Of a stretch of DNA of 64,000 nucleotides, positions 59,531 to 64,000 are shown piece by piece; within the stretch, counting starts at the first letter, position 1; the number at the start of each line of letters is the position of its first letter. Both the position numbers and the translations under genes were made by a program. Origin of the DNA: Paraburkholderia sp. (GTDB lineage Bacteria; Pseudomonadota; Gammaproteobacteria; Burkholderiales; Burkholderiaceae); contig DATEJU010000128.1 of assembly GCA_035277805.1 (NCBI GenBank), forward strand, positions 4,395 through 68,394, given 5' to 3'. Below the pieces are notes generated by a model, which saw nothing but the letters and a program-made list of their open reading frames with translations, was not told the origin of the DNA and searched no databases.

Positions 59531-60830
59531 GCGCGCCGTTGCCCGCCGGGGTTCCGCGAGTTGCAACCCGCTTCGGCTCGCGAATCCACACCAACGCACA
59601 TAGCGCGCCGAGCACGGCCACCACCCCGGCGAGCACGAACGCCGCGCCATACGCGCCATGCGTCGCCTCGATGATGAATCCCGTCACCGCCGGCCCGATC
59701 ACCCCCGCGAGGTTCGCGAGCAGATGCACGAAGCCGCCGACCCCACCGACGTTCTCGCGGCGCACAGTGTCCTGGATCACCGCCCAATACACCGAGCCCG
59801 TGACATACAGGAAGAAGATGCTCACGGACATCAACGCGACCGCGCCGCCGGTCGTCTGCACTCGCCCGGCGAAACCGACGCACACTGCCGCCACGCCGAG
59901 ACACACCGTCAGCACGAGCCGGCGCGACATCAACGGCTTCCCGGTGATGCGCAGGATTGCGTCGGTGATGAAGCCGCCCGCCGCGAGGCCAATGCTGCCA
60001 AGCAGCCACGGAATCACCGTCGCGACGCTCATGTCGCGCAGCGACATGTGATGTGCTTCGGTCAGATAGGTCGGGAACCACGACAGGAAGAAGAACAGTA
60101 CGTAGTTGTACGCGAAGAACGCGAACGCGGTCGCGAGCACGATGGGCTGGCGCAGATAGAAGCCGAGGCTCGCGTCGTTGCCGGGTGCGCCGTGCGGGAG
60201 CGAAGTCTCCGCTTGCTGCCCCGCGACGATCAGCGCAAGTTCTTCTTGCGACACGCGCCGGTTCTGCTGGGGATGCTCGGTCGTCGTGAGCGACCACAGC
60301 ACGAGCCACGCCAGCCCGATCAGCATGATCATGACGAAAGCCCAGCGCCAGCCGAACTGGATCGCCATATAGCCGACGATCGGTCCCGCAAGCGCGCCAC
60401 CGAGCGGGGTGCCCGAATTGAGCACGCCGATCGCGCTCGCCACCTCACGGCGCGGAAACCAGTTGTTGATCATCTTGCTGTTGGACGAACAGAACGGTCC
60501 TTCGCCCATTCCGAACAGCACGCGCAGCACGATCAGCGACACGAGGCTGCTGGCCAGCGCGGTCGCGCCGCAGAACAGCGACCAGACGCCCATTGCGCCG
60601 CCGAACACCTTCTTCGCACCGATCTTGTCGGACAGCACGCCACCGACGAAATTGAACAGCGCATAGCCGATGAAAAAGCTGCTGAACACAATGCCCATCT
60701 CAGCATGTGTAAAGTGCAGGTCTTTCTGGATCAGCGGCGCGGCAATCGACAACGCCGCACGGTCGAGATAATTGACGACGCCCGCGAGAAACAGCAGGCC
60801 GACGACGAACCATCGCTGGCTTTTAATCAT
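59520..60830 (-). CDS. MFS sugar-acid transporter (ACS/ExuT-like)
   Basis: NYLDRAALS, RVLFGMGEG, WFPRRE, WFPTYL. Confidence 0.92.
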   Translation of the reverse strand: MIKSQRWFVVGLLFLAGVVNYLDRAALSIAAPLIQKDLHFTHAEMGIVFSSFFIGYALFNFVGGVLSDKIGAKKVFGGAMGVWSLFCGATALASSLVSLIVLRVLFGMGEGPFCSSNSKMINNWFPRREVASAIGVLNSGTPLGGALAGPIVGYMAIQFGWRWAFVMIMLIGLAWLVLWSLTTTEHPQQNRRVSQEELALIVAGQQAETSLPHGAPGNDASLGFYLRQPIVLATAFAFFAYNYVLFFFLSWFPTYLTEAHHMSLRDMSVATVIPWLLGSIGLAAGGFITDAILRITGKPLMSRRLVLTVCLGVAAVCVGFAGRVQTTGGAVALMSVSIFFLYVTGSVYWAVIQDTVRRENVGGVGGFVHLLANLAGVIGPAVTGFIIEATHGAYGAAFVLAGVVAVLGALCALVWIREPKRVATRGTPAGNGALTR

Positions 60831-60908
60831 GAGAGTCTCCGAGGCGGCCGCCTGCTGTCATCGTTTTGATGGCGGCTCGAGGGGTTCCTGAATGGCGCAA
60901 GCGCCGTA

Positions 60909-61946
60909 TCAGTCGAAATGGATATGCACCTTCATCGACTGGCTACGATCCTGAGCGACTTCGAACGCGCGGCTGGCGTCTTCGAGCGCGAACGCGTGCG
61001 TCATCAGCGGCGTCAGATCGATGCGTTGCGACGCGAGCATTTCGGCGGCGATCGCGTACTCATCCGTGAAGCGGAACGAGCCTTGATAGCGCAGCTCCTT
61101 GGCCATCACGAGATTGGCCGCCACCGGCGACTGGCCGGCGGGCAAGTTGCCAAGTTGGATCGCCGTGCCGCCCGCGCGCGCGGCGCGCAGGGCCGTATCC
61201 AGACCGGCTGGACTGCCCGATGCCTCGATCACCACGTCGAAAGTGCCACGTTCGCGCGACCATTCGTCGATCTTCGACTGATTGTTCGCCAGCACGGTCT
61301 CGTCGGCGCCGAGCATCCTCGCCATTTCCAGCGCCTTGAGCGCCAGATCGACCGCGACGATCCGATGCGCGCCCGCGCGACGCGCGGCGGCCAGCAAGAT
61401 GCAACCGATCGGCCCACACCCCACCAGAAGCAGCTTCGCGCCGACGAGCGTGCCCGCCTGCTTCAGCGCATGCAGCACCACCGCGAGCGGCTCGGCCATC
61501 GACGCCTGTGCGTAATCGAGCGTATCGGCCACAGGCACGCACTGTCGCGCAGCGGCCGTCAGATATTGGCGGAACATGCCTTGCATATGCGGAAACGTCG
61601 ACGCGCTACCCATGAAACGCATGTTCAGACAATGGTTCGGCATGCCTTTCACGCAGAAACGGCACTCGCCGCAATTCAGCCCCGGATTCACGGCGACGCG
61701 CTGGCCGACGCGCAAGCCGGTGACGCCCTCGCCGAGTGCTGCGATTTCTCCCGCCACTTCGTGCCCGAGAACGAACGGCTCACGTACCGCGAAGTCGCCG
61801 CTCTTACCTTTGAAGTAGTACGAAAGATCCGACCCGCAGATGCCACCCGCGCGAACGTGGATTTGTACCTGACCCGCGAGAGGCTGCGGCGTATCCATTT
61901 CGTCGATCTGTAACCTTTTGGCTTCGTGAAGAACGGCTGCAAGCAT
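60909..61946 (-). CDS. Zn-dependent dehydrogenase, L-idonate 5-dehydrogenase-like
   Basis: GICGSD, GHE, CGECRFC...C, RFMGSA, GCGPIG, GSFRF. Confidence 0.88.
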   Translation of the reverse strand: MLAAVLHEAKRLQIDEMDTPQPLAGQVQIHVRAGGICGSDLSYYFKGKSGDFAVREPFVLGHEVAGEIAALGEGVTGLRVGQRVAVNPGLNCGECRFCVKGMPNHCLNMRFMGSASTFPHMQGMFRQYLTAAARQCVPVADTLDYAQASMAEPLAVVLHALKQAGTLVGAKLLLVGCGPIGCILLAAARRAGAHRIVAVDLALKALEMARMLGADETVLANNQSKIDEWSRERGTFDVVIEASGSPAGLDTALRAARAGGTAIQLGNLPAGQSPVAANLVMAKELRYQGSFRFTDEYAIAAEMLASQRIDLTPLMTHAFALEDASRAFEVAQDRSQSMKVHIHFD

Positions 61947-61987
61947 GACGAATCCTGTGTCTCTTTGAAATGAACAACGTGGTGATG

Positions 61988-63196
61988 TCACCAGTTCCAG
62001 AGCGTGCCGTCTTCGAGGCGCGCGACCGGCAGATATGCCGGGTCGTACGGATACTTCGCGGCCAGTGCCTCGTCGATATCGACTCCATGTCCGGGTGCGT
62101 CGCCCGGATGCATCATGCCGCGATCGAACGACCATGCATGCGGAAACACGTCGAGCGCTTCCTTCGGAAAGCCCATGTATTCCTGCACGCCGAAGTTCGG
62201 CACCCACAAGTCGAAGTGCAGCGCCGCGCCCATGCAGACTGGCGACAGGTCCGACGGCCCGTGACAACCGGTGCGCACCTGATAGAGCGATGCGAAGTCC
62301 GCAATGCGACGCAAATGGGTGATGCCGCCGGCATGCGTGAGTGTCGCGCGGATATAGTCGATCAGTTGCTGCTCGATGAGTTCCTTGCAATCCCAGATGC
62401 TGTTGAAGACCTCGCCAACCGCAATCGGCGTCACCGTATGCTCGCGGATCAGGCGGAAACTGGCCTGATTTTCGGCGGGAGTCGGATCCTCCATCCAGAA
62501 CAGCCGGTATGGTTCGATCGATTTGCCGAGCCGCGCCGCTTCAATCGGCGTGAGCCGATGATGCACGTCGTGCAGCAGATGCGTGTCGAAGCCGAACTTC
62601 TCGCGCACCGCTTCGAACAACTTCGGAACGAAATCCAGATACTTCTCCGACGACCAGCTCTGCTCCTCGACCGCGCCCCTGGTCGCGGGCTCGTACCTGC
62701 CGTTGCCCTTCGACACGCCGTACACCGAGCGCATGTTCGGCACACCGCATTGAATCCGGATCGCCTTGTAGCCCTGCTCGAGGTGTTCTTCGTAGCGCTC
62801 GAGCGCTTCGGGAATGTCGCGTCCCGTTGCATGCCCGTAGACCATAACGCCTTCGCGCGATGCACCGCCAAGCAGCTTGTAGAGCGGCGTATTGGTGACC
62901 TTGCCGAGGATGTCCCACAACGCCATGTCGACGGCGGCGATCGCCGTCATCGTCACCGGACCGCGCCGCCAGTACGCGCCCTTGTAGAGGAACTGCCAGG
63001 TATCCTCGATGCGGCCGGGATCGCGGCCGACCAGAAGCGGGCACACGTGGTCCTTCAGATACGACGCGACCGCGAGTTCGCGCCCGTTGAGCGTCGCATC
63101 GCCGATGCCGTACACACCCTCGTCCGTTACCACTTTCAGCGTGACGAAGTTGCGGCCTGGGCAGGTTACGATGACATCAGCGCGAATGATCTTCAT
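61988..63196 (-). CDS. manD: D-mannonate dehydratase ManD/RspA (enolase superfamily)
   Basis: [57 protein letters not shown]. Confidence 0.93.
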   Translation of the reverse strand: MKIIRADVIVTCPGRNFVTLKVVTDEGVYGIGDATLNGRELAVASYLKDHVCPLLVGRDPGRIEDTWQFLYKGAYWRRGPVTMTAIAAVDMALWDILGKVTNTPLYKLLGGASREGVMVYGHATGRDIPEALERYEEHLEQGYKAIRIQCGVPNMRSVYGVSKGNGRYEPATRGAVEEQSWSSEKYLDFVPKLFEAVREKFGFDTHLLHDVHHRLTPIEAARLGKSIEPYRLFWMEDPTPAENQASFRLIREHTVTPIAVGEVFNSIWDCKELIEQQLIDYIRATLTHAGGITHLRRIADFASLYQVRTGCHGPSDLSPVCMGAALHFDLWVPNFGVQEYMGFPKEALDVFPHAWSFDRGMMHPGDAPGHGVDIDEALAAKYPYDPAYLPVARLEDGTLWNW

Positions 63197-63231
63197 AGGG
63201 AATTCCTTAGATGGGCAAGCCAACCAACACA

Positions 63232-63250
63232 TACTACCATACCAGTATGT
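63232..63250. promoter_or_regulatory. Operator in the manD/oxidoreductase divergent promoter
   Basis: TACTACCATACCAGTATGT; near-identical to 58322-58340. Confidence 0.7.
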
Positions 63251-63316
63251 CAAACAGTCACCCCGGGTTTTCCCTTCAAGGGCCGATCCTCGCTCCCCCC
63301 TCATTCGATCGTTTAA

Positions 63317-64000
63317 ATGACTAGCGAACCCACCCTCTCCCTCTCCCTCTCCCTCTCCCTCTCCCTCTCGCTCTCGCTCTCGCGCTCGCGTCTCGACATC
63401 CCGCGCGCTCATTTACTCTCGCCCGAGTGGCGCGAACCCGGGATCGGCATCGTTCATCTGGGAATCGGGAATTTTCATCGGGCCCATCAGGCGCTTTACA
63501 CCGAAGAAGCGATGCTCGCGCACGGCGGCGATTGGGGCATTTGCGGCGTGACGTTGCAAGGCGACGTCACGAAACGCGATGCGTTGATGGCGCAAGACGG
63601 GCTGTATAGCGTCGTCGAGCGCGGGCCCGGCGGGGTGCGCGTGACCGTCGCCCGTGCACTCAACGAAGTACTAGCGCTGCCGTTCGATCGCGCGCGCCTG
63701 TTCGAACTGCTCGCGGATCCGCGCGTCAGGATCGTGTCGCTAACCGTTACGGAGAAAGGCTATTGCCGCGACGCGAAAACCGGCGACGCCGACTTTGCCA
63801 ACGAAGGCGTGATCCAAGATCTCGCGCATCCACACGAACCGGCAACCGTGCCGGGCATTCTGACGGCCGCCTTGCAAGCGCGCCGAAATGCGGGCACTCC
63901 ACCGTTCACTGTTCTTTCCTGCGACAACCTCTCGCACAACGGCGCGGCCCTCCAGCAGGTGGTGCGCTCGTTCGCGGCGAAGCTCGACGCGCAGCTTGCG
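63317..64000 (+). CDS. Mannitol dehydrogenase family protein (D-mannonate oxidoreductase-like), runs off the window
   Basis: Manual translation: [43 protein letters not shown]; absent from the ORF track. Confidence 0.92.
   Translation, partial: MTSEPTLSLSLSLSLSLSLSLSRSRLDIPRAHLLSPEWREPGIGIVHLGIGNFHRAHQALYTEEAMLAHGGDWGICGVTLQGDVTKRDALMAQDGLYSVVERGPGGVRVTVARALNEVLALPFDRARLFELLADPRVRIVSLTVTEKGYCRDAKTGDADFANEGVIQDLAHPHEPATVPGILTAALQARRNAGTPPFTVLSCDNLSHNGAALQQVVRSFAAKLDAQLA
63335..63382 (+). repeat. In-frame hexanucleotide repeat encoding (Leu-Ser)8
   Basis: CTCTCC x5 followed by CTCTCG x3. Confidence 0.92.

Noticed and set aside
1498..63316. Many long antisense or alternate-frame ORFs (e.g. 1498-2970, 8925-11048, 20417-22252, 35994-37715, 61970-63316)
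   Set aside because: Shadow ORFs expected in high-GC DNA; Arg/Ala-rich, motif-free and overlapping well-supported genes

Overview
High-GC betaproteobacterial (Burkholderiaceae-like) accessory region made almost entirely of catabolic modules; I saw no rRNA, tRNA or CRISPR array. In order: (1) a TetR tail and an oxidoreductase remnant; (2) a polar amino-acid ABC transporter, a histidine ammonia-lyase-like gene lacking the MIO-forming ASG motif, and HutC with a palindromic operator; (3) a BBE-type flavin oxidase; (4) an SF1 helicase followed by an Xre/RES toxin-antitoxin pair; (5) amine permease, class III aminotransferase and aldehyde dehydrogenase; (6) AraC plus crotonase; (7) an AcuR/AcuI cluster with AtoE, two CoA ligases, two paralogous crotonases and OsmC; (8) a ~21 kb sulfonate island in which sulfolactate genes (suyAB, slcC-, comC-, tauE-like) are joined to a complete succinate-dehydrogenase-like complex, a split class I fumarase, two DctA, TctABC and a ThDP enzyme, bounded on the right by an IS3 remnant; (9) a porin and a sugar-acid cluster (RspR-like GntR, ABC, lactonase, MFS, idonate dehydrogenase, ManD/RspA, mannonate oxidoreductase). 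The best candidate for an undescribed system is a TCA-mimicking route, 3-sulfopropionate to sulfoacrylate to (R)-sulfolactate to pyruvate + sulfite. All product calls come from motif recognition by eye, with no database searches.
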